DNA of 64,000 nt. Source: Malacoraja senta. Taxonomy: Eukaryota. The position numbers and the translations under genes are program-made. Under the pieces are notes generated by a model that had not been told where the DNA came from, ran no database searches, and worked only from the letters and a program-made list of their open reading frames with translations. This document shows, piece by piece, positions 27,834 through 41,073 of this stretch (positions are counted from its first letter, which is position 1; each line of letters begins with the position of its first letter). The stretch is from positions 25,422,001 to 25,486,000 of the forward strand of contig CM075988.1 in the NCBI GenBank assembly GCA_038087875.1. The letters run 5' to 3'.

Positions 27834-28130
27834 AAATTGAATTTGGTGGCCTGCACTCTGCTTGAAATGCTATGAAATTAAATTTGGTGGCCTGCACTCC
27901 GCTTGAAATGGAATTTCAAGGAATAGCTGTGAGTGAACTGCCAGCCCACCAGTCCTGAGTGACTGAGCTGCCAGCCTACCAGGCCTGATTGTCTGATCTG
28001 CCAGCCCACCAGTCCTGAGTGACTGAGCTGCCAGCCTACCAGGCCTGAGTGACTGAGCTGCCAGCCCAAGAATCCATTCGGCCCACAATGTCCATACTAG
28101 CCCATCTGGGAACCATTTCTTTGGGCCCAC
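27834..28130 (+). repeat. internal fragment of the same Helitron family (41-bp and 30-bp minisatellites)
   Basis: Near-identical to about 28850-29135. Confidence 0.8.
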
Positions 28131-28335
28131 AACAGGTCCTTCAGCCCACAATGTCTGTGTTGAACATGACGCCAAGACTAACTCTCATCTACCTCCATGT
28201 AATCCATATCCATGTGCCTATCCAAAAGTCTAAAAAATGCTGCTATCATATCCACCACTACCACCAGCAGCACCCTGCATATAGATGTGCAGCAGCATGT
28301 TCCAGGCACTCATCACACAAAAATTGCCCAGCACA

Positions 28336-29903
28336 TCTATATCTATATAACTAAAAGTCTCATCTTTACCACTTCCTGTCTGCACTGTATATTGATTTTA
28401 GAAAAAACGCTACCATATATCGCTTTGATTTTTGGCCATCTTACTCACAGTCCTCCTCCACTGAGGCAGCCCTGAGGATTTTTCCGATTGATAAAAAATA
28501 TAAAAGTTACGAGTGTTTAAAAGATCTTGAGATCAGCTGATTGGTCCTCTCGCCTGCCAATCACCACGATGAAGGTAACGCCCCCTCCGGGGGGGGGGGG
28601 GGGGCAGGACTATAAAACCCCGGATGCCTGGACGCGAGTCAGTCACTCTGGAAGATCACGAGGAAGAGTCCACAACTGTGATTCTAAGCTGTGAATCAAC
28701 TGAACTGTGAGTCTGCAATATACTTGCAATAAATGATTTGTTAGCCCTTAATGACAATGCAATGAGTTGTTTGGCAATTTGGTGGCCTGCACTCTGCTGG
28801 AAATGCTATGAAATTGAATTTGGTGGCCTGCACTCTGCTGGAAATGCTATGAAATTGAATTTGGTGGCCTGCACTCTGCTTGAAATGCTATGAAATTAAA
28901 TTTGGTGGCCTGCACTCTGCTTGAAATGGAATTTCGAGGAATAGCCGTGAGTGAACTGCCAGCCCACCAGTCCCGAGTGACTGATCTGCCAGCCCTGAGT
29001 GACGGAGCTGGCAGCCCACCTGCCCTGAGTGACTGAGCTGCCAGCCCACCAGGCCTGAGCTGCCAGAGCAAGAATCCATTCGGCCCACAACATCCATACT
29101 GGCCCTCTAGAAACCAGTCCTTTGGGCCCACAACACCCATACTAGCGCTCCAGAAAGCCCCCCCCCCCCTCGCTCCACGCCACTGGCCACCAATATTGAA
29201 ATTGGTGGAGAGGTGGAATATTGCATTGGGGGACCAGCCCTCCCATGTGAACATGGGACCTAACGGGTCCCACTTAGTCTAGTATATTACTAACACTATC
29301 TTGTTTGTTTCTATATCTGACTGCCTGTCTGGATGATCCTGAAATTATGCCAAAACTGCACACAACAGCACTACACTTACTCACCATTACACTTAGCCCA
29401 CCCTACTCACAATTGTCCCGGGGCGTGGTGTATCAAGTTCCCTTCAGATTGATAGTATATTTTACATGTTATTCACATTTTAAACTTTATAAAATCCAGT
29501 TTGAGAAAAATCACTTGCACTGGCAGTTAGCAGGGTATGACGTCACAATGGGATCTCATTTACATAAACTGCCCGTCAGCAGTGTTCCACCCCACAATGA
29601 CACCACATTTACATTTTTAAAAAACCAGCAGCTTCCACCTCACAATTACGTTACGGGAGGGGAGAGGCGTTATGGAGGGAGGGAGAGACTGGGGGGATAA
29701 GGGAAAGGAGAGGGAGGGAGAGGTGAGGGAGGGATTGGGAGAGGGGAGGAGGAGAGGGGAAATAAGAGGGAGGGTGAAGAAGAGGGGGAGGTAGTGCTGG
29801 GGGATGAGGGGAAATGAGCCGCTCCTGCGCAGTTGGGGGCTGTGGGTGAGTGGTGGAATATTGCATTGGAGGAACGGGGCCCAACGGGTCCCACTTGGTC
29901 TAG
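28336..29903 (+). mobile_element. non-autonomous Helitron (outer), inserted in a CR1 remnant
   Basis: Ends GGGGCCCAACGGGTCCCACTTGGTCTAG. Removing 28336-29903 restores the CR1-like sequence CAGCACA|TCTCCTTTAAA (A|T, no TSD). Confidence 0.8.
28342..29282 (+). mobile_element. non-autonomous Helitron (inner)
   Basis: 5' TCTATATAACTAAAA; 3' hairpin GGGACCTAACGGGTCCC then ACTTAGTCTAG; A|T insertion with no TSD; internal 41-bp and ~30-bp tandem repeats. Confidence 0.85.
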
Positions 29904-31802
29904 TCTCCTTTAAATGTTGCTCCCCTCATCTTAAAGTTATGCTCTAATTTCTGATTTGCAGTGTCACAATATTTTTCCTTTTGATCTTTCCCCTCCCCCC
30001 ACCCCAAGATATTCAGTGATAAATATTCACCAGGATACCAAACAAATCTCTTGCTTAATGAAATAGTGCCCTAGGATATCTTGCATCTACATAATTCATA
30101 AAATAGCATGACTTTTTAGTGACTTATCCAAAAGACAGTACTAATGACAATGCACAGAATGGCAGCCTGACTTTGTGCTTGACATATTGGAGCAAAGCCT
30201 GAAGCAATAACTTTCCTACATGGTTGAGGCTGATGGCCAAGACATACGACATTCAGGAAAGCACAAGGAAGTGCAGAGCTGGCTTACAAAAAAGCAACAC
30301 AAGATGCTGGAGTAACTCAGCAGGTCAGGCAGCATCTCTGGAGAAAAAGGAATAGGTGGCATTTCGGGTCGAGACCCTTCTTCTTCAGACCCAACCCGGG
30401 TCTCGACCCAAAACGTCATCCATCCATGTTCTCCGAAGTAGCTGCCTGACCTGCTGAGTTACTCAGCATCGTGTGTCCGTTTCGGTATAAACCAGCATCT
30501 GCAGTTCCTGGTTTCTCTCCGTTTCTCTCAGAGTGCTCTCTGTTCCAGGAATTAATTTTAGATTTCCACTATAAACCACTCAGAGACATATTTGCAGCAC
30601 CGAAGGAGGATAATCTGCTTGATGAGTCCAGGTTTATCTTAGACAATAGACAATAGACAATAGGTGCAGGAGTAGGCCATTCGGCCCTTCGAGCCAGCAC
30701 CGCCATTCAATGTGATCATGGCTGATCATCCCCAATCAGTACCCCGTACCTGCCTTCTCCCCCTATCCCCCGACTCCGCTATCTTTAAGAGCCCTATCTA
30801 GCTCTCCCTTGAAAGTATCCAGAGAATCGGCCTGAGGCAGAGAATTCCACAGACTCACAACTGTGTGAAAAGGTGTTTCCTCATCTCCGTTCTAAATGGC
30901 TTACCCTTATCTTCACAGTTTCCTCCACCTTTACAACCATGCCCCTCCCTTGCAAATCCAGCCCCCCCCCCCCCCCCCCCCCCCCACTGTGGTGAGAGCA
31001 ACATTGCCATTAGCATTCTGCACAAAGATGTCTGGCACAATTTCCTGTTCGATTCACTAGCTAATCATTTATTTATGGCCACTAGTCTTGGAATTTCCCT
31101 CGTTAAATGTTGACACACTCTCGCTGAGTGCCCATTGCTGGCCTAGAAGCAGAATTAAAAATGTCACAGCAAACTGGCTCGTGCACAGAGGACTTTAAAT
31201 GATGCAGGGGTGAAAGCAAAGGCAACAGGTGAAGCAAGGTCAAAGGGCAAGCGATACTGGGCACGGGGGTGAAGGCGGGTAAATTGCAGCATTACTGAGA
31301 AAGAAGAGGAATAACAAGAAACAATGAACTGCACCAACGTTTGTAAGTTCTAGGAGAAGAATTAGACCATTCGGCCCATCAAGTCTCCTCCGCCATTCAA
31401 TCATGGCCAATTTATCTTTCCCTCTCAACCCCATTCTCCAGCCTTCTCCCCGTAACCCCTGACACCCGTACTAATCAAAATTCTATCAACCTCTGCCTTC
31501 AAAATATCCATTGACTTGGCCTCCACAGCCGTCTGTGGCATTGAATTCCACAGATTCACCACCCTCTGACTAAAGAAATTCCTCCTCATCTTCCTATAGG
31601 AAAGTCCTTTTATTCTGAGGCTAAGGCATCTAATTCTTGACTCTCCCACACTTGTGGAAACATCCTCTCCACATCCACTCTATGCAGGCCTTTCACTATT
31701 CGGTAAGTTTCAATGAGGTGCCCCTTCATCCTCCTAAAATGCTAGTTTCCAAAGGCAATACACAAAATGCTGTTGCAACTCAGCGGGTCAAGCAGCATCA
31801 GA

Positions 31803-32340
31803 CTGAAGAAGGGTTCCGACCTGAAACGTCACCTATCCACGTTCTCCACAGATGCTGCCTGACCCGCTGAGTTACTTCAGCACTCTGTGAAACGTCACCT
31901 ATCCATGTTCTCCACAGATGCTGCCTGACCCGCTGAGTTACTCCAGCACTCTGTGAAACGTCACCTATCCATGTTCTCCACAGATGCTGCCTGACCCGCT
32001 GAGTTACTCCAGCACTCTGTGAAGCGTCACCTATCCATGTTCTCCAGTGATGCTGCCTGACCCGCTGAGTTACTCCAGCACTCTGTGAAACGTCACCTAT
32101 CCATGTTCTCCACAGATGCTGCCTGACCCGCTGAGTTACTCCAGCACTCTGTGAAATGTCACCTATCCATGTTCCGGCAGCATCTATGGAGCGAAGGAAA
32201 TAGGCAACGTTTCGGCCCGAAACCCTTCCGGGTTTCGGCCCGAAACGTTGCCTATTTCCTTCAGGGTTTCGGCCCGAAAGGTTGCCCATTTCCTTCGCTC
32301 CACAGATGCTGCCTGACCCGCTGAGTTACTCCAGCACTTC
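31803..32340 (+). repeat. head-to-tail array of a 66-bp PLE terminal unit (about 5.3 copies), followed by a fold-back centre
   Basis: Unit GAAACGTCACCTATCCATGTTCTCCACAGATGCTGCCTGACCCGCTGAGTTACTCCAGCACTCTGT starts at 31823, 31889, 31955, 32021, 32087 and 32153. Confidence 0.9.
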
Positions 32341-33273
32341 ATGTCTTTCAATGGGAGTGACGAGATTGCCTTCAAGATCCAGCATTGATTCAAGGGGCCA
32401 AAAGGCCTCCTGGTGCAGCGTCATAAATATAAATTAGTGCCCTTTTATTGTTAATTTGGAATTATCCCGAAGGAGCAAGTGGAATTAATTGCAGTCTCTG
32501 AAACAAGCGAAGTGGGCAGTGGAAGGAATAAAGATGAGATGCCACATTGCTGATCGATGGGGCAACTACAGTGCAATATATCTAATAAATCATCTGGATA
32601 CTCGCGATTTATTCTGAAGAACATGGAAATGCAAGACATATTATTGCATTCCAGGCAGCATGGTGTCTGGAGCTGTAAGGCAGCAGCTTTACCGCTGGTA
32701 AAGGCAGGTAGAGACAGTGGCAGAGACAGCACATGAGGTCCTTGCCTTGATTAGAGTCAGAGTCATGGAGCTTAGCTTAGATGGGGCATGGATGACTGGG
32801 CCTTGCTGTAGGACTTGGCGATACATGTTGGTCAGAATGCAAGAGACAATGGCTGTCTTTGAAATAATGCTAGGGTTGTTTGGTAAATCCATGGGAGAGG
32901 ACAGACAGGGCATTGATTCAACATGTCAAGTAGAAGTCAGAACCGCCTGCAGGATGGAAGCGTCCCAGTGTTGTTGGCCTAGATTCCTGTGCTCTGGTTT
33001 CTGGAGTGGGAATTTAACCCTTCATCTTCTCTGCCAGAATGGTAGGAATAATAGGGCCAGGAGGTGGCCATTTGTTCTATCATTTCTTCACAGGTCAAAG
33101 CAGCCTTTTCATGCAAGCCCCATGTTTAACCTCTTGCCCAAAGGCCTGTGGCTGACAGTCCTTCAGGTTCCCTTATAAATGTAAGAGTGTTTCTGCCTCG
33201 CTATCCCAGCAAGCAGTGATTTAACCAGTGGCCATTCTTGTCAACCTCACTGCGAACGAAAATGGGCCTTTCC

Positions 33274-33710
33274 TTTTTTTTTTTTTTTTTTTAATTTTTA
33301 TTTATTAGAAGTACATTACATTACAACCACATACATTAATACTCGTCATTTATATCTTCTTACAATTAATGTACTCCCTTTATTTATTTTTTTACACTAG
33401 AAAAAGAAAAGATTGAAAGAGAGAAGAAAGTGAAGGAAAAAGTGCAAGTGTAGAAAAGTGTAGAAAATGAAAAGAAAAAGAGTTAAGAAATAGGCCCTAA
33501 GAAAAGAAAAGAGAAAGAGAAAAAAAGAGAAACAAATGTTTTTTTTTTGAGCATCACGTAAATAGGACATACCAACTCTTCAACTATCATCCCCCCTTAC
33601 CTGACCTCAATTTTTTATTTTTTTTAAAGTACTTTTGCACCCTATGTTTGTAATAATTCTATAAATGCAGACCACGTCAGGTGGAAGTGATCTGGTTTAC
33701 CTGCTAGGAG
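33274..33710 (-). mobile_element. L1/Tx1-like 3' fragment with poly(A) tail
   Basis: Poly-T at the left; perfect 16-bp TSD GAAAATGGGCCTTTCC (33258-33273 / 33711-33726); minus frame ends LLAGKPDHFHLTWSAFIELLQT*. Confidence 0.75.
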
Positions 33711-33904
33711 GAAAATGGGCCTTTCCCATCTGCTCCATTCAACCTTAAGTCTGAGACATTTATATTAAATCTCAATTTGGTTAACTGTGCCCTGAAGAGA
33801 ACAACCTCCGCCCAGCTCCTATTGCCTTTGGACCTGCGTAAATTCCACTCCAACATCACTAGTGCAAGGGCATGGTCCCTGTTACGTGACTGGAACTCAT
33901 CGAG

Positions 33905-34205
33905 GCGGCACAGTGACGCAGCGGTAGAGTTGCTGCCTTACAGCACCAGAGACCCGGGTTCAATCCTGACTACGGGTGCTGTCTGTACGGAGTTTGTACC
34001 TTCTCCCCGTGACTGCGTGGGTTTTCTTCGGGTGCTCCAGTTTCCTCCCACACTCCAAATTAGCTTGGCTTGGTAAAAATTGATTAATTGGCTTGGTAAA
34101 ATTGAAAATTGTCCCTAGTGCGAGGGTAGTGTTAGTGTGCGGGGATCGCTGGTCGGTGTGGACTCGGTGGGCCAAAGGGCCTGTTTCCACGCTGTATCTC
34201 TAAAA
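33905..34205 (+). mobile_element. tRNA-derived V-SINE (HE1-like)
   Basis: Same three-part structure as the 20809 copy. Confidence 0.85.
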
Positions 34206-34500
34206 ACTAAAAAAACTTTTAAAAAACTGTACACTGCACTCGAGAGCTGACTGATAATGTCGCATCAACCCAGCTCTTGTAACCTCCCTGCTCTTGTGCC
34301 CCAATTGTGGACAATAAAGGATATTATTGTCTAAAGTAGTTCGGAAGTTATGTTGCAGTTATACAAGATGTTAGCGAGACCACACTTTGAATCTTGTGTT
34401 CACTTTGATCACCTGCTGTAAAAGATGCCATTGTGATGGAAATAGTGCAGTGATGATTTATGATTTTGTCAGGATTGAGCAGACAGTGTTATATGGAGAG

Positions 34501-34737
34501 TTGTTTCAGAAAGAACTGCAGGTGCTGGAAAAATCAAAGGTAGACAAAAACGTTGGAGAAACTCAGCGGGTGAGCAGCATCTATGGAGCGAAGGAATAGG
34601 TGATGTTTCGGGTTGAGACCCTTCTTCACACTGGTAATTCAGTCTGAAGATGGGTCTCGACCCGAAATGTCACCTATTCCTTTGCTCCATAGATGCTGCT
34701 CACCCGCTGAGTTTCTCCAGCGTTTTTGTCCACCTTA
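34501..34737. mobile_element. PLE-derived fold-back element with hammerhead-like motifs on both strands
   Basis: TSD TGTTATATGGAGAG (34487-34500 / 34738-34751); CTGAAGATGGGTCTCGACCCGAAATGTC at about 34644-34671. Confidence 0.85.
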
Positions 34738-37700
34738 TGTTATATGGAGAGGTTGGGCAAACTGATTTTACTCCTTGCAGCGTTAGAAAGTGAGGGGTGT
34801 TCTTAGATATACATGAAATCATGAAAGGGGTAGGAGTATTGCAGTCTTTTTAACATTGTAGATGAAATCTCAAATTGGAGGACAGACGTTTAAGGTGGTG
34901 GGGTGGGGGAAGATTTAATAGTACCTGTGGGGCAACTTTGTATGTGGAGCAAGCTGGCAGAGGAGGCAAACATAATAACATTTACAAGAAGTACATGGAC
35001 AAGAAGGTTTTAGAGGGATATGGACCAAACTACAGCAGCTTATTGTTGCCGTAAGATAACCTCAGACTCCGGTGATTTTTGTGTGTTCACCACAGTTCTC
35101 CTCAAGGCTGAACTAAAAGAACAATTGTTCCTTTATGCCACTTCCTCAGGGTGATGGGGTTTGACATTTGATCTGCTAGTTGATTTTCCCCATTAACTCA
35201 GCGGTGAATCAGAGAGGGAGTTGTTGTGCTCACTGGCCATGTGTTGTCAGCAACTGTCAAGCCACAGAGACTGCTCTATGTGTGGCAGCTTGCCGAGTTG
35301 GGCACAGCTAACCCAGAGTGGCTCCAAACTCTCAATCACCAAAGCCTGGACAAGGCAGAAGCTAAGGGCACGCACTCGCGACAGAGCAGGGAAATTGAGA
35401 ACCAGAGGGCTTAGGTTTAAGTTGAGGTGGGAAAGATTTTCTAGGAACCAGAGGGGTAACTTTTTATTTTTTATTTAATTTTTTAACATAAGTATGGAAC
35501 GAGCTTCCGGAAGAGGTAGGTACTATCGTAACATTTAAGAAACATTTGGATAGGTACATGGATAGGATAGGCTTCGAGGGGTATGGGCCAAACTCAGGCA
35601 GGTGGGACATGTTGGTCGGTGTGGGCAAGTGTGATGAAGGGCCTGTTTCCACGCTGTATGACTCCATAACTGGATATAAGGCATTGTGTTCATGCAACTG
35701 ACTCTTTTCTGGCAATCTCTGCGTCTGGGGATATGATTCATTCATACCAGTCAGTTGGAACAAGCAAGGTCTTTGATTGTAAGGGGAGATCAAGGTGAGT
35801 GGGGGAGGCGCATACATTGCCATTGTCATTCCCCAATGGTGAACCTTACATGGTGGTTACATTGGAAATATTTTTTGAACTTGGCCACACAGGGTTTCTG
35901 AGCACAGATTTTCTTTTACTCCAACCATTAGTTTCCACCTCAACTCAAATGTTTGAGGGGGAAAACAGAGGCAGTTTTCCAACTGGTGACATTGGATGGT
36001 GACATTGGGTAAAATACATCCAATCTGCAATGGTCACAAAGTGGACGCTGACAGGTAACGTTCCACAATACAAGGGTCTGGAACTTTGGGATTGTGGTGA
36101 CATGAAGGTTTCATCATCTTGTCTAAGGTTCATGAATCCTCAGTCTTCTCCACCCTGAATGGGTCTTCATTGGCAATATCTCAGATGGAGATGTAGATGT
36201 AGACGAGATCAGAAAGGAAGGCAAACTTGGAATAGAATGGCAGTGGTGATCTCATTTCAATAGCAGAGCAAATTCCAATGGTAACAATCCCAACTCCAGC
36301 TTCTTAGGTTCTTAACTCTATTTTCTTTTTATAAACAGACACATAAGAACTGTTTTTCTGTGTGCGCATTGCAAGCAAATGATTTTTTAAAAAAGGCTAT
36401 ATATGATGCTGGACCTAGTCACAAGGGAGTGAATGGTGAAAACAGCGCAGCAATAATTATGTTACGGTTTGAGGCAGCCCTGGGCAGTTCCTGACCTAAT
36501 TACAAACACTTTCATCCCCGCAGCCCAAGTGTGGATCAGTTTGCATGTCATTCGGAGCAGTTTAATAGATTATATATTTTTAGCAAGTCATTAATTCGTG
36601 CTGGGCCTATGAAAGGTAGTTAGACTCTCTGCAGGGGCCAGAGCCACCAAGTCCCAATGGGTTCATAAAACAAAGCACCAGTTGTATTTTTGGGAAGAAA
36701 CACATTGGACAAATCTTGCATCCAAGTTTCTCACTAAAGTCCATAGCACGCACTGATACCATCTCCCCGCTCCGCAACGTGCCTAATCCGTCTGAAGAAG
36801 GGTCTCCACCTGAAATGTCCACCAGTCTGAAGGGTCTCCACCCGAAACGTCACCCATTCCTTCTCTCCAGAGATGCTGCCTGTCCCGCTGAGTTACTCCA
36901 GCATTTTGTGTCCATCTTCGATTTAAACCAGCATCTGCAGTTCTTTCCTGCATCTAATCTAGAGTTGTTTCAGCAATAATGGAGAGGCCATTCAGATGAT
37001 GTGGGGAAGGACAGACTAATAATGCTGCAGGTGACTCACCCCGTGGTCTGACACAAACAAAGTATATATAATTGGATAGCACAATGTTTCAACTCAAAGA
37101 CGACTCTGCACCCACTTTGGTCTCACTTTCCCCAGAAACTTGTAGTTTTATTCTTGTTTATTCTCTTGTTATTCTTTTCACAGTTGTTTCAAATGTGTCC
37201 TCTCCGACACTCTGGCCAGCGAAATGGTTTCTCCTGTTTGTCTGCAAACATCGGTTGGGGTTTGGAGAACTTCTCTCAAATCCCTTCTCAACCTTCTCCA
37301 GCATAAATAGGGTTTGACGAGGAAACACTTTTTCTCACAGAGAGTGGTGAGTCTAGTGGAATTCCCTGCCTCAGAGGGCGGTGGAGGCAGGTTCATAGAT
37401 ACATAGAAAATAGGTGCAGGAGTAGGCCATTCGGCCCTTCGAGCCTGCACCGCCATTCAATATGATCATGGCTGATCATCCAACTCAGTATCCCGTACCT
37501 GCCTTCTCTCCATACCCCCTGGATGCTTTCAAGAGAGAGCTAGATAGGGCTCTTAAAGATAGCGGAGTCAGGGGATATGGGGAGAAGGCAAGAACAGGGT
37601 ACTGATTGTGGATGATCAGCCATGATCACATTGAATGGGGGTGCTGGCTCGAAGGGCCGAATGGCCTACTCCTGCACCTATTGTCTATTGACATGTACTG

Positions 37701-38035
37701 TTGGCGGGCTCAACCCAACTCTTCAGCGTTGAGAAGCACTGAGTGTGCAGATCTGGGTCCCAATGTGTAGCCACTAAGTCAGGTGAGAGGGGAGGACACG
37801 GCAGACTTGCCAACATCTCTCACACCTGGAAATCTGACTTACACCTCCCATCAATCAGCTGCAAGGCATTGAGCGAGTGTGGAATGAAACTTTGTACCGC
37901 TCACTTAGTAACCATAGAAACTGAAAGGCCATTAGGCCCTGTTGGAAAACTAACCACCAGCCTTTTCTCTTTAACTTACTTCCTGGCACTCTAACCTCTC
38001 ACTAAACGCACCATTCTTTTTTTTTAATTTAAAAT

Positions 38036-38770
38036 GAATGACGGTGGAATTGATTGTAGACTTTAGGAGAGCTCCCCCCCCCCCCTCCCCCACCCCCCCA
38101 CTCACTATCAACAACACCACAGTCACATCTGTGGAGTCATTTAAGTTCCTTGGAACCATCATCTCCAGGGAGCTTAAATGGGGGGAGGCCACCATCGACT
38201 CCACAGTCAAAAAGGCCCAACAGAGGATGTACTTCCTGCGGCAGCTGAGGAAACACAACCTGCCACAGGCCATGATGGTCCAGTTTTATACTGCCATCAT
38301 AGATTCTGTCCTCACCTTCTCCATCATGGTCTGCTTTGGCTCAGCCACCAAGCACGACATCCGGAGGCTGCAGCGCATCTTTCGATCAGCCGAGAAGGTT
38401 GTTGGCTGCAACCTTCCCCCCATTGATGAACTGTACACTGCAAGGGCCAGGAAGCGAGTGGGTAAGATCATGTCTGACCTCTCTCATCCTGGCCAACAAA
38501 CTCTTTGAAACACTTCCCTCTGGAAGGCGACTCCGGACTGTCAAAGCTGCCACAGATAGACAAAAAAACAAGCAGCAGCTCTACTCAACAGCTAAAAGTC
38601 TGTAGCCTCCTTTCGCTCTGGTATTTTATTTCATTCTTCACATGTTAAAATTATAATGTTTTACTTTTAATTGTCTACTGTATATCGTGTTGTTACTTGC
38701 GAGCAAAGCACCAAGGGCAAATTCCTTGCATGTATACATACTTGGCTAATAACATGTACTCAATTCAATA
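38036..38770 (+). mobile_element. Rex1/Babar-type LINE fragment
   Basis: TVELIVDFRR, VESFKFLG, KKAQQRMYFLRQLRK and FYTAIIDSVLT motifs. Confidence 0.9.
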
Positions 38771-40257
38771 TTGCTATTGAAGGCGAGAGGTGCAAGGATG
38801 AAGGGAGATGTGTGGGGCAGGTTTTGTACCCACAGACTGGAACCTGCTGCCAGGGGTGGTGGTGGGGGAGGCAGATACGGTCATGACATTTCACAGCCCT
38901 TGATATACGCACGTGGATACGCAGGAACGGAGCACGTGCGGACAGAGATTAGTTTAATTTGGCATGAGTTTTGGCACGGACATTGTGGGCCAGTGCCTGT
39001 GCCTGTTCCAAGTCTACAGTTACCAGCAAAATAAACATCGATGATAAACATCACACACGTCCTTTAAAAGCCGGAATCCTGACTACACTCCCAAACTCAA
39101 GATCCCAAGAGACGATCGCGGTGGCGCAGCGGTAGAGTCGCTGCCTTACAGCGCTCGCAGCGCCGGTGAACCGGGTTCGATCCCGACTGCGGGTGCTGTC
39201 TGTACGGAGTTTGCACCTTCCCCCCGTGACTGCGTGTGTTTTCTCCGTGATCTTCCACACTCCAAAGACGTACAGGTTTGTAGGTTAATTGGCTTGGTGT
39301 AAGTTAGTCTGTGTCTCCAGTTACCGGAAAGACAATACATGATAACAATCCAGCCTTTCACTGGGTACGGATACATAAGTCGATTTATAAAGGGGAATAT
39401 GAAGATGTTACAATGAAGTCCTGTCATCCCGTTAATCCACCATCGACCTTGACAGCTTCTGAGCTTCCTGCAGGCATGAATGACTCAGCACAGAGGAATC
39501 CACCAGGTCTTTGTGCCAATCCCCACAGTCCACATGAACCACATCCCTCCAGCTTGTGGCCAGAATCTCACACACTCATTTGTCAGCTACATGTTCACTC
39601 ACCGCTCAAACTTCAACTTACACCTCATTGTTACACAATAGCCACCTTCCATACTGTCCAATTCACACAATTCTGAAGCTTCAGGTTAATAGTTTTTCCC
39701 TCTCCACCGCATCATAATCTCGGATAATATTTAACACTGTATGTCATGTTGTTACTTGTGGGTGGAGCACCAAGGTAAATTCCTTGTATGTGAATACTTG
39801 GCCAATAAACTTACTTACTTAACTATCCTACACACCACTACGGACAATTTTCACGTTTACCAAACCAATTAACCTATAAACCTGCATGTCTGGAGTGCGG
39901 GAGGAAACCAATTATTTCATAATTAATTCATTTTGGTAATAAAAGAGGCCATGTGGCCCATCAAATTTAAGCTAGACCTTCTATCAATCCTAGTCATTTT
40001 CCCCCAGCCTGATTATTTCCCCTCCCCCCCCCCCCCCCCCCCCCCAACCACACATCATTGGATATGCGAGAAAAACCCGAGTGCCTGGAGAAACACTGGG
40101 AGAATGGTGACCTCCATACAGATACGCAGCAGAGGCTTGGAATCGAACCTGGGACACTGGGGCTGTGGCAACGTTGCTATACCCGAAACCCCACTGTATC
40201 CCCCCCCCCCCATTTGCTTCAACAACAATGGACCTCTGTTCATTGTTCTTACAAAAA

Positions 40258-40632
40258 ACGTACAAAATTCTTAAGGGGTTGGACAGGCTAGATACAGGAA
40301 GATTGTTCCCGATGTTGGGGAAGTCCAGAACAAGGGGTCACAATTTAAGGATAAAGGGGAAATCATTTAGGACTGAGATGAGAAAAAAAAATTTCACACA
40401 GAGAGCGGTGAATCTCTGGAATTCTCTGCTACAGAATGTAGTTGAGGCCAGTTCATTGGCTATATTTAAGAGGGAGTTAGATGTGGCCCTTGTGGCTAAA
40501 GGGATCAGGGGGTATGGAGATAAGGCAGGTACAGGATACCGAGTTGGATGATCAGCCATGATCATATTGAATGGCGGTGCAGGCTCGAAGGGCCGAATGG
40601 CCTACTCCTGCACCTATTTTCTATGTTTCTAT
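40258..40632 (+). mobile_element. young CR1 3' fragment
   Basis: TYKILKGLDRLD...GDKAGTGY and CR1 tail. Confidence 0.92.
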
Positions 40633-40855
40633 AAGTAATGCCCCTTAATTCTGTCTCCTGTTTGTTATTCATTCTTCATATACGTTTTATACTGCAGAGT
40701 GCGGGCAAGCTTTCCGAGCAAACTTCTAGCTCAAGTTCATTTTGTTATTGTCACGTGTCACGAGGTGTTATTCGCAATAAGGATACACAAGCAGATGGCC
40801 CCATAGAAGAGGCGTCCACGTGGCGGGGCTGGAAACTGGAAGTATCCCGAGCTAA

Positions 40856-41073
40856 CGGGCCTGTCCCACTGTACGAGTTTACCCAAGAGCTCTCCCAAGT
40901 AAACGGCAGGTACTCGGAAAACGCGGTAAGCTCGTGAAGGTTTTTCCAACATGTTGAAAAATGTCCACGAGAGCCCCGAGTACCTACGAGCGACTACTAC
41001 CGTAATTCTCCGAGTTCGAATCAGGGGAAACTCGGGAGAACTTTTGAATTACCTCGTACAGTGGGACAGGACC
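40856..41073. mobile_element. PIF/Harbinger-like MITE, internally deleted
   Basis: GGGCCTGTCCCACTGTACGAG ... CTCGTACAGTGGGACAGG; TAA flanks. Confidence 0.8.

Noticed and set aside
31803..32340. CRISPR-like regular repeats
   Set aside because: Units are contiguous with no unique spacers, there are no cas genes, and the context is vertebrate.
38038..38508. Host protein-coding gene (such ORFs are often auto-annotated as DUF1891/ALKBH8-like)
   Set aside because: Rex1/Babar LINE remnant with a frameshift and a retroelement 3' UTR.
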